Of a DNA stretch of 64,000 nucleotides, positions 1 through 17,278 are shown in pieces. Numbering within the stretch: position 1 is the first letter of the stretch; each line of letters begins with the position of its first letter. This stretch comes from the human T2T-CHM13v2.0 reference genome, Homo sapiens: NCBI RefSeq assembly GCF_009914755.1, contig NC_060942.1, one strand, 5' to 3'. The notes under the pieces were generated by a model, which saw only the letters and a list, made by a program, of their open reading frames with translations, did not search any database and had not been told where the DNA came from. A program made the translations under genes and the position numbers.

Positions 1-4197
<4,197 letters not shown>

Positions 4198-4202
4198 GCC
4201 AC

Positions 4203-4518
4203 TTTTTTTTCTTTTTCTTTTTCTTTCTTTCTTTCTTTTTTTTTTTTGAGATGGAGTCTTGCTCTGTCTCCAGGCTGGAGTGCAGTGGCGCTATCTCTGC
4301 AACCTCCACCTCCTGGTTTCAAGAGATTCTCCTGCCTCAGCCTCCCAAGTAGCTGGGACTACAGGCACATGCTACCATGCTCAGCTAATTTGTGTATTTT
4401 TAGTAGAGATGCGGTTTCACCATGTTGGCCAGGGGCAGCTCGATCTCTTGACCTCGTGATCCTCCTGCCTTGGCCTCCCAAAATGCTGGGATTACAGGCA
4501 TGAGCTACCACCCCCAGC
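4203..4518 (-). mobile_element. Alu (AluSc-like), tail-to-tail with the L1
   Basis: T/CTTT-rich tail, then GAGATGGAGTCTTGCTCTGT. Contains the GATCTCTTGACCTCGTGATCC diagnostic. Confidence 0.92.
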
Positions 4519-4749
4519 CTTTTCAAAGCTAGTTTTAAGAAAGGTCTAGTACTGGAAAGATTGCAAAGGGAGCCATGGATGACTCAGTTTTATTTCTGCT
4601 GTTGTGTTGCTGTGGGTAAGTTATTTGTTACCAGTGTGTCCCAGGTGCTGCATTTATAAAAAGAGGGAATTGACACAAGGTCTGCAAGGACATAGCTTGT
4701 GATTTTTACACATTTTCCCAAACTGACAACAACTCAGTTAACATGGTGT

Positions 4750-5030
4750 CCACCTAGCTATTTCAGTCAAAAACCTAGAAATTATCTTGAAAAATATGCA
4801 TCTCAAATAAATATTTCTCTTCATCTCATATCTTGAGTTCACATGTCTGAATCTAAGCTTTTCTGCATAGATTCTCTGTGCAATCTAGCCCAAGCCACCA
4901 TCATTTCTGTTTGGACTCTGACCACCCCTCCAAAATCATCTCTTTGCTTCTTTCCCTCCTTAGGAGCCATTTGGCATACAACAGCTAAAGTGATTGATTT
5001 TAGAAGGTCAATCTAGTAAGGCTACACTAT
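4750..5030 (+). mobile_element. L2 fragment
   Basis: CCAAGCCACCATCATTTCTG...CAGCTAAAGTGAT resembles the L2 ORF2 C-terminal region. Confidence 0.65.
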
Positions 5031-5889
5031 TTTTGAGAAGTCTACTGTTTTGTTTTTTTTTTTCATTTACATAGGGGGTATATAACTGGGCATGATTCAG
5101 GGAGAAAGCTTAATGAGCAGGACCCATTTCTGTCCTCCACTTCAATGGATGGGTTCCCAGACACTCCCTGTGACGGCCGGAAGGTTGGACCTGGGTCAGG
5201 GCTTTACTTGGGATTCTGCTTTACTCTCATGCTAGGCTCATCCTACTGCTATAGCCTTGACCTGTCATTCAGGTAATATTTTGGACTCACGGAACTTCAT
5301 TTTGTCTCATCTCTCAATTTGTTCACAGTCATCTGCTGGAAACTTCCTGCAACAACCTTGTGTAAGATTACCCACGGCTCAATTTCTAACAGTGGCATTT
5401 TGGGTACAAACGTCAGCTTAAACCTACATTTTAAATTATTACATTGTTCAAAAGAAATACCTGTGTTTCGTCTTCTAGATAAATGCATCAAGTCGTCATC
5501 TATTCTCAGAAAGTTTTAGAAGAGAATTCTTAAAATAAAGCTCTATAGCATTTTATTAGAACATTGTATTATCAGTGAGAATTTTATTTCCATGTCAAAT
5601 AGAATCTTTGTTGATTTTATTTGACATGGAAATAAAATTCTCACTGGTATTTTGTTCTTTTATTATATATTATGTTCACATCTATGTTATTTTATTATAT
5701 ATTATGGTCACTGTGAGAATTCAAGGAAAATTCAAGAATATTTCCACTGAAAAAAAGCTTATAATTGATTCCGGGAAGCAAGCTATAAATACCTGATGAG
5801 TGAAATATCAAAACACCTCAACATCTGTTTTTAAGCTTATTGGTGAGTGAATTCCTTTAAAATTAATTGCCTTAGTAGCTCATAAGAGT

Positions 5890-6040
5890 AGCTCTGAAAG
5901 GCTTTCTGAAGGAAAGAGCATTTGAACTATGTTTTGCAGAGCAGGATTTAAAGAGACAAAGAGAAGGCAGGAAGCATCCCAGGCAGATGACAAGGCCTGA
6001 GTACATGGGTGGAGGTGAGAAAGGCCAAGACCCGTGGATG
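5890..6040 (-). mobile_element. L2 3' fragment
   Basis: GAAGGCTTTCTGAAGGAAAGAGCATTTGAACT...GCATCCCAGGCAGA is typical antisense L2 3' sequence. Confidence 0.6.
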
Positions 6041-6969
6041 GGGCAGAAAGTGAATCCCACTGGAATCGTGCCACATAGCCGGGTCTAGTCAGGGGCAGAA
6101 GGTGGGCTCTTGCTTGCTTAGATAAAGAATAAGAAGGAAGTATAAAAATTTGGAAAAAAGCATTGCCCCAAACTCAAAACAATAACTTTCTGGGCTGGAT
6201 CTGACATTGGTTAGTGATGTAGCTAAACAATGGCAGATATGAAATCTTAGCCTCAATCTTTTCACCTGCTAGCATGTGTGATAACACTCATCTTCCCCAC
6301 CCCATAGTGTCTGTGGCCAAAACACGAGACAATGCCTGTCAAAGGGGCTTTAAAGGCAAAAGAGTACCAGAAAATGTAAATTCATTATTTAGGAACTGAG
6401 ACGTTAATAATATTTAATTGAGGACATTTCATGTCCAAACCAGTGCTGGATAAATAGGAGTGGATTTTTTCGGAAGGGCGGAAAGGCATTAGGAGGCTAT
6501 TCCAATATTCAGTAATGCCTAACAGGATACAAGCCTCTTTTTCAGCCTGACGGTGCATGCTCACAAGTGCTAGATGTGTTATTGCAAGAATCAAAGGCAG
6601 GGAAATGAAGTTATGTGGGTGAAATATTAGCACGGGAAATGTGTGAACACAGTTTGGAAGGCTGATGATTACGTACTGATGCATTTTGGCACGTGTACAA
6701 AATGAAAGGGAACATTAACATCATCCTGAAAACTTGCTCCTATTCCACTAAATAACACATCTTTTATTGGGAGGAGAATTTGAAATAACTTTCCAAATGT
6801 AGAGATTTCAAAAATACTTTTCTAGAAATTTCCTTTTATGGAATTCAAAGATGGGTGGGCATATATATTTATTTCTTTTGGGGGGCTTCAGTAGCACAGA
6901 ATCCATCATACTCATCAATCCTTAATTCATGACTGTCATCATTGTCCTTGCAAATATCCAAACTTGTTT

Positions 6970-7735
6970 TATTATTTGATTTTTCAGTCCAAAATTTGTT
7001 TACTTCCTTGTATTTTCTATTTCTTTCTTGAGGATTTCAATTTCTTTGCTGAGGCTTTGTGTTTTTTCATTTGTTTCAATTATGTTTGCCATTGCCCTTG
7101 AAGTATCTTTACTGTGGCTGCTTTAAGTCCCTGTGAGGTCACTCTATGATAGCACCTCTATGCTGGATGTTGGCATCTATGGCTTGCCTTGTTTCATCCA
7201 CTTTGTGATCTTGCTGCTTCTTGGCATGACAGGGATTTTCTATTGAAAGAGGTGCACATTTCGTACTATGTCAGAAGACTCTGGGTCTTACTTATCTCAC
7301 TGGAACCTTCTGTTGCAGCTGGTTCCTTTGATACTGCTCTGGCTTAGAAGTGACTGATGGCTTGTTACTGCCAGGTGGGGGTGAGAGTCTGGGGCCCCAT
7401 CTGGCTTGTGTGGATGGGGAAGGGCAGCAGTGTTTTGCATGTGTTGTGGCTGGAGTCGAGTGGGTACTGTCTAAGTTTTCTGTCTGGGTAGGCTGCTCCT
7501 TTCTTCTGCCAGGGCTTTCTTTGTGCCTGTTAGCATTTCTATATTGCTGGAGTCCTCTGCCCTGAGGTGAGTCCAAGAACTCACCTCTGTGCCATTCTTG
7601 CATCCTGAGGCCCCAGCCAGTCTGCCTTCTGAGCTGTCTAATGCTTGTTCTACTCATAATGTTCAAGATTATTCATTATGCTCAGTGGGAGGAAGAGGGA
7701 AAAGGATGCATATCCCATCTCCCCAGAAGGGAAAT
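6970..7735 (-). mobile_element. Ancient L1M (L1MC/ME-type) 5'/ORF1-region fragment
   Basis: T-rich antisense L1-like text such as TCATTTGTTTCAA...GGCTGCTTTAAGTCCCTG...TGTTGGCATCTATGG. Confidence 0.55.
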
Positions 7736-7950
7736 CCCACTCATTAAAAATAATTCCTTTGTACATTGTATATTTCTACTTTACTTTGAGAATCAGGGTT
7801 CCTAAGAGTATTATGGCTGAAGGACCAGGAGTGTCCCAGGTGAGCCTCAGTCCAGTCACTGTGTCAGCCTGTGAGTTTCTCATGGAAGTCCGACACACGA
7901 AACATCAATCAAAGAGCAGCACATGTTTGACGCTGGGCTAATGCCCCGTC

Positions 7951-8330
7951 ACAGCAGTAACTGTGTAATTTATTATCCAAACCAGAATATCCAGCTGAGA
8001 ATAAAAGAAAGTGCTAAAACATTAAAATTTTATGTACTTAAAAAAGTATATATTCATGTAAATTTGAGCAAAATAAAAATGTTTCTTTATAATAGTATCT
8101 GAATATTAAACACAAGCAGTTATTATTACTGTTGCATATTCACTTAATCTAAAAAGTTCTTGATGATGTCAACATTGATAATATCAGTATTTTAATAACT
8201 TATTTTTCAAATTACCTTTTATAGAATTCTTCTTTAAAAATATGTATATTTCTTTTCAAAGTTGCAAAAGTTATGGTTACAAACATTCAACATTTTCAAC
8301 ACTTTCAATTAACTACAATTTTGAAAAAAA
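7951..8330. mobile_element. Possible hAT-Blackjack/MER81-like DNA transposon remnant
   Basis: GTAATTTTATTATCCAAACCAGAA resembles the MER81/Blackjack terminus and is followed by an AT-rich body. Confidence 0.3.
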
Positions 8331-8759
8331 GAATACTGGTGCTCCAACTGCTGAGGTACCAAGAACTCAGCCTCTCAGACCACCTGAGCCAGGGGCATCA
8401 TTAGTCTGGATGTCAATTTTGGGTGGGAGGGGGCTGCCCCCCCTTCTTTGTGCAACCACAAAATGGTGAATATGGCTTTCTTGACTCAAGCCTCTGCTCC
8501 CTCAAAGAGGCCGTAACTCTACCTATTGTGTGTCTACAACATGTCCAGCGTGCTGTGACTCTCCCCCTATGGAGAGGTGGTCCTGCCTGGACTGACCCCT
8601 GTGACAGGTGCACAGGTGAATGCAGCATCACTTCCGAGCTTGGGTAGAAAACCCCGTGGAGCTCCTGAAGACTCCCTTCTGGACACGGACACGGGTGCCT
8701 TCGCAATACTGGCAGGGGGTGCCTCCTGCTGGCTTCCACGAAGCTGTCATGTGGCAAAG

Positions 8760-8900
8760 TGAGAGAGAGAGAGAGAGAGACATAGAGATTCAGATAAATG
8801 GAGAAGATAGAGACAGAGAGACAGAGATACAGAGACAGATGCAGTTTGAGAGAGGGAGATACAGACAGAGAAGATAAAGAAACAGATAGACAGATAAAGA
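8760..8900. repeat. (GA)n/(GACA/GATA)n purine-rich simple repeat
   Basis: Directly visible. Confidence 0.9.
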
Positions 8901-10187
8901 TTAAGAAGTGGGGGGCAGGCCCAGGGACCCTCAGCTGTTTGAGTTTACCTGCCTGGGTCACAGGTAGGTGCATGAAGGACGCTTCAGCCTTCCAGATGAC
9001 CAGCAGACCTCTGTAAAGTCTGGCCGCGGTTTCATTGAGTGACTTTAAATAAAAAGCAGCTGGCAGTGCTTCTTCAACTCCCACATTGTAAGTTAAGTGA
9101 ATGATCGTGATTGAGGTGCTGTGTTGGGGTTGTTTGTAAGGCAGCCAGCAGAGGCATCGATTACTGATACACCTAGTTTCATATTGACAGGAGAAGGCCA
9201 AAAAGCCATTCTCATTTTTATTTCTTTATAAGTAAACTCATTTTCTTGGCTAGAGTGTAGGTATTTTTTAAATCTCAAAAGTTAAAGACATTCATCAAAA
9301 TCTTTTTTTCTTCAATATTTTGCCTTTTACTTAGGTATTTCATTTCTCATAATTTTTATCTCATTTTCTTCTTGCATTTATTGCATTTGGAGATTCTCAA
9401 GCATGCCTTCATTGCTGATTTTCCTTCTACAGAACTGGTTGCTTCAATCAGAACGCACATGGTGAGTTTCCGAGCCTCGGTTCTGGGCAGCGCTCCTCCC
9501 CACCTCTGCCTGCACCTGGCTGGGCCCCACATGCCTGCGACTGCAGCACCTCATTCTTCCTCGGCCTTCACAGAGCTCAGGTTTCTGCCTGTTAATTAAA
9601 ACACAACCCAAGCATGTTTTACCATTTGCCTGCTGACCACTCCTCTAGCTCAGGGCCACACACATTCTGTTCTTCTTTTGTTCTTAGCATTTGACACTAT
9701 TTGACACATTCGCTTTTTTAATGATGTTTTGGCTCCCTCTGTGAGAATATCAGGTCCGCAAGAGCTCGGCTGTGGTTTTGGTGCCTCTTTATGCCCAGTG
9801 TGCTGAATGCTGCCAGGCTCATGCTAGCTCCTTAAGAAGTACTTGCAATATTACATTTTATCCAATTAAATTGAATTTTGTTTTCCACAGAGTCCATTTT
9901 GAAATGTATGTTTTCATCTTTACTCTGATTTTCTTTATTTCTCCTACCACTCTCTTTATGCATGGTTACTTGATTTTCTGTTAACTGAGTTTTGAGGGAG
10001 GAGAAGTTGGCCACTGTTGCCCACTGGCTGGGTGAGTGAGTCCGGTTCTCCCTTCTTACCATCGGTTTGGTGGTTGTTGGAACTCGTCGAGCTTAAGGCG
10101 GGGATCTGTGGAGGCACACGGCCCACAGTCATGGTAGTCTGGATGCCTGCCTTTCCCCGAGGCCATCCTAAAACGCAGGTATGACTC

Positions 10188-10494
10188 TTTTTTTTTTTCT
10201 TCTTTTTTTGAGACGGAGTCTCGTTCTGTCGCCTAGGCTGGAGTGCAGTGGCTCGATCTCGGCTCACTGCAAGCTCCGGCTCCTGGGTTCACGCCATTCA
10301 TTCTCCTGCCTCAGACTCCCGAGGAGCTGGGACTACAGGTGCCTGCCACCACGCCCGGCTAATTTTTTGTATTTTTTAGTAGAGACGGGGTTTCACCATG
10401 TTAGCCAGGATGGTCTCAATCTCCTGACCTCGTGATCCGCCCACCTCGGCCTCCCAAAGTGCTGGGATTACAGGCGTGAGACAGGGCACCCGGC
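10188..10494 (-). mobile_element. AluY with ~21-bp TSD
   Basis: AluY diagnostics (GCAAGCTCCG, TTCACGCCATTC, TTAGCCAGGATGGTCTC). TSD AAAA(C/T)GCAGGTATGACTCTTT at 10170-10190 and 10495-10515. Confidence 0.96.
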
Positions 10495-11060
10495 AAAATG
10501 CAGGTATGACTCTTTTGTCCACTCTGCTGTTAGCTGGAATGGACTGCTGCAGGCTTGTGATGGGCCATCTTAAAGAGGGAGACAGAGGCAGTCAGCTGAG
10601 GAGAAGCACCTGCTCTGTGAGGTGCTGGGGTCTTCCCTTCCTGCCAGAGAAAAGCCAACATCTCTAGGCTAGGTCAATACAGAGGAAGTGGGAGTCACCC
10701 CTTCACCTTTCAGCCTGACGTCCCGACCCAGTGTTACTTAGGTTTGACTAGTGGAATTGTGTCATTGTACCTGGGTAATCATGCATCAATACTGCTGATT
10801 TCCAGCAGTATTATAACTTTACATGCCTTATTCTATTGTCATTCATATTTCATTGAGAGGGTAGGAAAAGGTGAGTCAATAAAAAATAACTGCACAATAC
10901 AAATCTAAAATCTATGTTGACTTAAAATGTTTAAATTACCATGTCTAAAATAAGTCTTTAAAAAGTCCCCTAAATTTAGCCACGATCCAATCTCTCACTA
11001 CTCTACCTACCTACCTAAGTCTCTGTATATCTTCCTTTATAGACATGCATAGAAAGACAC

Positions 11061-11690
11061 AATCCACCCACCCACCCACCCATTCATCCATCCATCTATT
11101 CATCCATCCATCCATCCATCTATCCATCTATCCACCCACCCACTCATCCCCCCTACCCATCCACCCACCCATCCTCCATCCCCCCCACCCATCCACCCAC
11201 CCACCCATCTATCAATCCATTCATCCGCTCACCCACCTACCTATCCACCCACCTATCCATCTTTCCCTTCCTCCCACCCTCCACCCATCTATTCATCCAT
11301 CCATCCATCCATCCATCCATCCCTCCACCCATCCATTCACCCACCCACCCATGTGTTCATCCATCCACCCATCCATTCATCTACCCACCCATTCATCCAC
11401 CATCCATCCATCCATCCATCCATCCATCCATCCATCCATCCATGAACCCACCTACCCATCCATCCATCTACCCACCCATACATTCCCCCCACCAATCCAT
11501 CCATCCATCTACCCACCCACCCATCCATTCCCCCCACCCATCCATCCATCCATCCATCCATCCATCCATCCATCCATCCACCCACCCATCCATTCCCCCC
11601 ACCGATCCATCCATCCATCTATCCCCCTACCCATTTATCCATTTATCCGTCCATCCATGCATTTATTCGTCCATCCATCCATCCATCCTC
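11061..11690. repeat. Degenerate (CCAT/CCAC)n tetranucleotide array, ~630 bp
   Basis: Directly visible. It generates the spurious His/Pro/Ser-rich and Trp/Met/Asp/Gly-rich ORFs. Confidence 0.95.
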
Positions 11691-11769
11691 ATGTCTACAT
11701 AGATAGAGACACATGTACATATCAATATCTCTATACAGAGGAAGAGAGAAACCTTTTTTTGCAAATTAA

Positions 11770-12000
11770 CCGCCGTACTTTCCTTCCCAATGTTTGTGTG
11801 GAGAGCACACGGTTCCTGCGTCAGGACCCTGCAGGACGCGGGCCGAGGCTCCCAGCTGCCGGCCATGCCCTCGGCTCCTCTCCCGACACGCGCCAGCACT
11901 GCCCCCTGCTGGCCTCCCGGGAGCACTGCCCGCTGCCGCGGCGGGAGGAGACCCGGGAAGAAGCCGGGACCGCGAGCAGCTGGACGCTTTCTCCCTGGGG
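11770..12000. promoter_or_regulatory. Short CpG-rich patch
   Basis: Dense CpGs (GACGCGGGCCG, GCCGCGGCGG, ACCGCGAG) in an otherwise CpG-depleted background. Confidence 0.6.
11897..11930 (-). promoter_or_regulatory. Strong CTCF motif (core plus upstream U-like motif)
   Basis: Minus strand reads GGCAGT-GCTCCCGGGAGG-CCAGCAGGGGGCAGTG. The core matches CCASYAGRKGGCRS, and GCAGT lies 12 nt upstream of it. Confidence 0.75.
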
Positions 12001-12164
12001 CTCAGCCACACATTTTAGTCACAGTTACAGACTACGGGGGATTTGAAGCCTTCGCTTTAGTTTTTATTAAGAAACATTGAAAATTCCATGGCTTGCATTT
12101 GATTTTTTGTTTGTTCTTCTTATTATTATTAAAAAATATATACAGAAATTGGTTGCAAGGAGCA

Positions 12165-12410
12165 ACCGTAGTGAGGAGCATGGTGACAAGCATGGGTTTG
12201 GCGCCAGGTGCACCTGGTTTAATTCATTGTTGCATCATTGAAAGCTAAGACGAGTTTCAAACCCCCTCCCAGCCTTGTTGCTCTCATTTGTGAAATAGAG
12301 ATAATAATAATGCTTGTCTTACAGGGGTTTGTGGGGATTAAATGTGATCAGAAACCTAAACAGCCTAGACATCATCCATAATCAATAAATATTAGCTACG
12401 ACTTATTATT
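12165..12410 (+). mobile_element. MIR
   Basis: Core CTCATTTGTGAAATAGAGATAATAATA...GGGATTAAATG and 3' end AATAAATATTAGC. Confidence 0.75.
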
Positions 12411-12546
12411 CATGCCTTTAGTTGTTAGTGTAAGTCATCATCCCGCCAAGCCAGGTGACCTAGGTGGGGAAGGAGGGAGAAACCCCTTGGTGTGCCCGGC
12501 ACGCTGCCCACCCGAGGAGACCCCCAGGCCTGCCTGCCTCACTTAC

Positions 12547-12741
12547 CCGGCTCCTGCTGCTCCCCGACCAGGCAGAGGCAGACGCAGACGCAGACGCCGG
12601 GAGGCCGACGGACAGGCTTATCCTGAGCCTGCTGAGACCAGGTGTTGCCCCCTTGGGTGAGGACACGCAGGAAGGGTGAACACATGAGGCTATTCTTCAG
12701 AGAGAACCCTTGATGTAGTCTGGAAAAATCCACAAGTGGGT
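12547..12741 (-). ncRNA. Candidate spliced exon (195 nt) of an unidentified, probably non-coding transcript
   Basis: On the minus strand: branch-like CATTAAC, a ~33-nt poly-T tract, acceptor GCTGGTGTAG| at 12743/12742 and donor CGG|GTAAGT at 12546. Confidence 0.5.
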
Positions 12742-12747
12742 CTACAC

Positions 12748-12787
<40 letters not shown>

Positions 12788-14452
12788 AATGCTGCAGAGG
12801 CTTCAAGTTCTGTTTATAGACACCATGAAATAGACCTGGTTCTTACTGGAATTTCTCCACCCACAAGAAGGTCACAAGAATGTGTCAACTGAAGCACTTC
12901 ATACATAAAAGAGATACACAAATAAGTAGTATACTCAGAGATCTGACATGTTACATATATATATTTAATTAATAAACCTACTTGCTCATCATCATCCTGT
13001 CTGTAACCTCTGGGTGTTGAATGGATATTAGAACTTCTGTAATCTACAGTCTAGGTATAACTCATAAATTTTATCCTCTGAAAAGGTAATAGGAACATAC
13101 ATGGAGAATGCCAAGTCCAAACAGATTTACTCCTAAAATATCACAGCACAAAGATAACATTATAGCACAAGGATAAAATCATAGCACAAGGATAAGCTAG
13201 GTAACACAAGTTAAGAGAGGCCTCAAGAATGTCTTTAAGTAGTTGCCGTAAGCTTGTGAGGCTGTGCTGGGAGTGCCTCAGCTTTTCGTGGACTGGTCCT
13301 GGTGCAGCTGTGGTATGCAGAGGGGACCACTGACCAGCCAGTTGAACTCTCTGAGATCCCACATCAGTCAATTGGAGGTAGTAATGTTTACTTACATCTG
13401 GTAGACCACTAGGAGAACCTTATGCAACCATTGCACTGACGTGTGTAAGGATTATTTTATCCCTTGGAAATGCTGATGACATACTTTAAGTGAAACAAAA
13501 GTAAAGATTTATAAATATGATATGATTACAGCAATGTAAAGTAAAATAAAGAAGGAAAATGAAGCAGTAGTGAATTCAGCCATGGGATTATCAATAATAA
13601 TCTTTTCCTCTATATTTTATAAAGTGTATTTGCAATGTTTCTGATGTAAAACATATTAATTTATTATAAATGTAACATTACCGTTTGTTTAAAATGAGCA
13701 TCTTTGATTACAGAAAGAATAATCCTTTATCTCTAAACAATAGGCTTATTTTAGAAATAATACAGAACTTTATCGAATATCTTTAGATTATCTACTCTTA
13801 CGGATATTATTTTTGATCAACAGATATATTCTATTAGGCTATTAAATCAGTCTTACATTCCCAAAATTAAGATGTTTTATGTTATTATTTTAATATCCTA
13901 TGAGGCTCATTCAATATTTTATTTATAATTGTTACATGTCTACTCGTAATTAATGTTGGTCTTGTCAGATCTTAGATATCAAGACTTCAATAGTTTTATA
14001 AATAGGATTTATTTTTGGATTTTCATCATTATGTGTTTTGAAATAATTATTATAATTTTATTTAAAAATGTAACATTTTGTAACTTTTTTTGTAACAAGT
14101 AAAATTTATTCCTTGATAGAACTCAGGTAAACCAACTTTAGGTATAGTAACCTAAAACTTTAGTGGAAATAAACTGTGATTACTTCTTCACCCCCACCCC
14201 CAACAAGATATACACATATTGGCTTTATATTTCTTTTTGATGCAATTTACAGTTTCATAGAAAATAGTTTATTTATGAATATTTAAGATAAAGAGACTCA
14301 AATCCTGTATGTTTTAACATCCTGCCATTTTTCATGATCTAACATAGCAATGAGGAGATTAGTTTGTAATAATGCATTAGCTAAGAATACATTATACCTA
14401 TAACATATATTCAGATTTCTGGAATAATTTTCAACGAGCTTGGGTATCGTGT

Positions 14453-14870
14453 CAGTCAGGAGGCCTGATCGATAGGAACGGGAAGGCCATCACATCAGTC
14501 ATATAACAACTTCACTCACACACACGTCTTGTTGTTGTTGTTTTAACTGAACAACAAGCCGTGGGTTCCAGGGACAGTGATGTGGCTTTTGTCTCTGTTC
14601 CCTGTGTCTCCCGGTCCCACATCCCCATGTGTGCTGGCTACACCCGAAGACTTGTAGCCGGTTAGATGCAGCCTTTCTAAGGGCCACAACCAGATGAGAA
14701 AATACCCAGACGCAAAGAAGAGTCTCAGTTTTTTTCTTGGACGTGAGAAACACTTCCCCAAAGCTCCTGATCAGATTCCTGCTCCCACCTCGCTGGCCCC
14801 ACGCCCGCTTTGACACGCTTGGCTGGGGTGTGGGGCTACCATGATTTGACCCTGGCATCTGAAAGGGATC
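14453..14870 (-). mobile_element. Old MaLR LTR (MLT1J/K/L-like)
   Basis: GAGAAACACTTCCCCAAAGCTCC...CTCGCTGGCC...ACCATGATT pattern. Confidence 0.45.
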
Positions 14871-15311
14871 ATGTGTCGGGGTCACCCCAGGACCCATGAC
14901 CTTCCGAGGCTGGGTGACGTGCCCAGGTTCACAGGGAGCCCTGAGAGGTTATTCTCGGTGCCCGAAGCTGAGGTGCACAAACCCCACTGCTACCCAGGCA
15001 GGGACAGGTGCCCTGCACAGCGAGGCGTGGATGGAGAAGCATCACCCTCCTAAACATGGGCCCTGTCAAAATCTCTGGGTCTTACATGGTGGGCTGCCTG
15101 TCACAAGGCCACGGTGTGGGAGGCACTGCAGAGAAGGGTCAGCTGAATCCCGATATATCAATTAAAAAGCCCTAAGTAAACTGCCCTATCCCAACGCTGC
15201 ACTGGGAATGTGTGCTTCCATCACTGGCCCCCAAACTGGATTGTATTCTGAGTAAACCTCCCTAGAGTCCCTTCTTTCTCCTCCAACCCTAAGATGAATA
15301 AGCACTAAATT

Positions 15312-15330
15312 CTCCCAGCAGGTGGCAAGA
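15312..15330 (+). promoter_or_regulatory. CTCF-like motif
   Basis: CCCAGCAGGTGGCA matches the core consensus. Confidence 0.5.
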
Positions 15331-15689
15331 GGCAAAGGCAAGAAGAGGGGCTTCCTGTCCGGTTGTGCCACTGGCACTGACAGATGATGCTACCTCCTGG
15401 CTCCGGATGCCCTGGTGCCTTCTGGAGTGGCCCCACTGCTTCGTGAGTTTGGCTGAATCTGTGGGTTGATGAAGAGGCTTCTCTGGCTTTCCTTTTTTTC
15501 CACAGTGAGCCGCTCTCCCTCTCATCACACAGGGGAAACTGTGGATACTCCCTGGTTGCCACCAGTTCGGCCCCATTTCCTGACCATCTTACAGTGGCTG
15601 GCAGAATAATGCTTCTCCTTCTCCCACCAGAGATGCTCACAACGTCATCCCCAGAAACAATGAATATGATGATGTCAGCTTGCAAAGGG

Positions 15690-16063
15690 GGTAGAATTAA
15701 TTATGCTAATAGGCTGGTGTTAATTTAGGGGGATTATCCACATGGACCCAATATACCCATGGGACCCTTTAAACATGGAAAGAGAGGCTGAGGGCTGCAG
15801 CCAAAGAGAGATTGAAGATGCCAATCGGTTGCATTGACTGCGCTTCTGGCTGAGGAGTCCAGGTGGCCTCCAGGAGCTGGAGAAGGGGAGGGGCTGGGGG
15901 CTCTCCTGAGCCCCCAGAAGGAGCAGCCTGCTGACATCTGAGTACCAGCCCATGAGTTCCATTTCAGACTTCTGGCCTCCATCACGGGAGATCATGCATT
16001 TGTGTTGTTTCAGGCCAGCAGGGGTTTGCAGCAGGTGTTCCAGCAGCAGAAGGCAGCAAATGC
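15690..16063 (+). mobile_element. MLT1D-like MaLR LTR
   Basis: GATTATCC...GGACCCAAT, GGAGCTGGAGAAGG, CAGCCTGCTGACA, TTCAGACTTCTGGCCTCCA. Confidence 0.75.
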
Positions 16064-16287
16064 ACCTGCGTTCAGTCAGCGAAGGATGTGGGCTGAAGGC
16101 TCTTCCAATGGGCCACTTGGAAGACCAGGGTCTACCATTGAGTTTAGCAGACAAAACGCCAACATTTTGGCCTCATGACCTCTTCCACTTTGTGCTAGAA
16201 CCATTAAACCCAGAGTCATAAAAATCCTCCGCCTCCACATCCAGTTAAAGCCACTTCCACCTCCACAGCCAGTTAAATCCACCATGG

Positions 16288-16511
16288 CTTCCCAGCTTGC
16301 AGATGCTACTGTCTCACTGTGCCCTCCCTTGGTGGAGAGACAGAGAGAGGGCATGCCCTGGAGTCTCCTATCAGAAAGACACTAACCTCACCCTTCCTTC
16401 ATGACCTCATCTCACTCTCATCACCTCCCAAAGGATTCATCTCCAAACACCATCATACTGAAGGTTAGGCTTCCATATGCAAATCCTGGGGAGATAATTC
16501 AGTCCACAGCA
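16288..16511 (-). mobile_element. MLT1A-like LTR fragment
   Basis: CTTGCAGATG...ATGACCTCATCT...CACCTCCCAAAGG...ATTCAGTCCACAGCA. Confidence 0.75.
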
Positions 16512-16818
16512 TGGCGCATGCCTGGGAAGCCCCTGCAACCCTGGCTCAGTCAGTGGATGAGGCCTCTGTGTCCCTTGTTGACTCTAGTTGATGATGACGC
16601 CCTGAGTGCTGCTGTGGGCACTGGCCCTGTGACATTGAGACTGGAGCTAGAGTAGACACATAAAATAGTTTGTGGTGAATGGGCACAAGGGAAGGGGCTC
16701 TCTGTGCAACATCCTCAGGGCCTTTCCATGATGAACAATTCCACAACCAGGAGTTCTGTTTGATGAGCAATTTATACCATCCTCAGCATCAGGTGGTTTC
16801 CTTCTAGAGAGCTCATGC

Positions 16819-17278
<460 letters not shown>

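Noticed and set aside
8413-9201. 262-aa minus-strand ORF
   Set aside because: It runs through the (GA)n repeat and I recognise no protein. No support for coding.
11045-12046. 333-aa His/Pro/Ser-rich ORF
   Set aside because: It is a translation of the (CCAT/CCAC)n repeat, which rarely contains stops. There is no domain signal.
12752-12784. Poly-A run as the tail of a processed pseudogene
   Set aside because: No upstream AATAAA, no TSD and no recognisable mRNA. It is better explained as a homopolymer or minus-strand pyrimidine tract.
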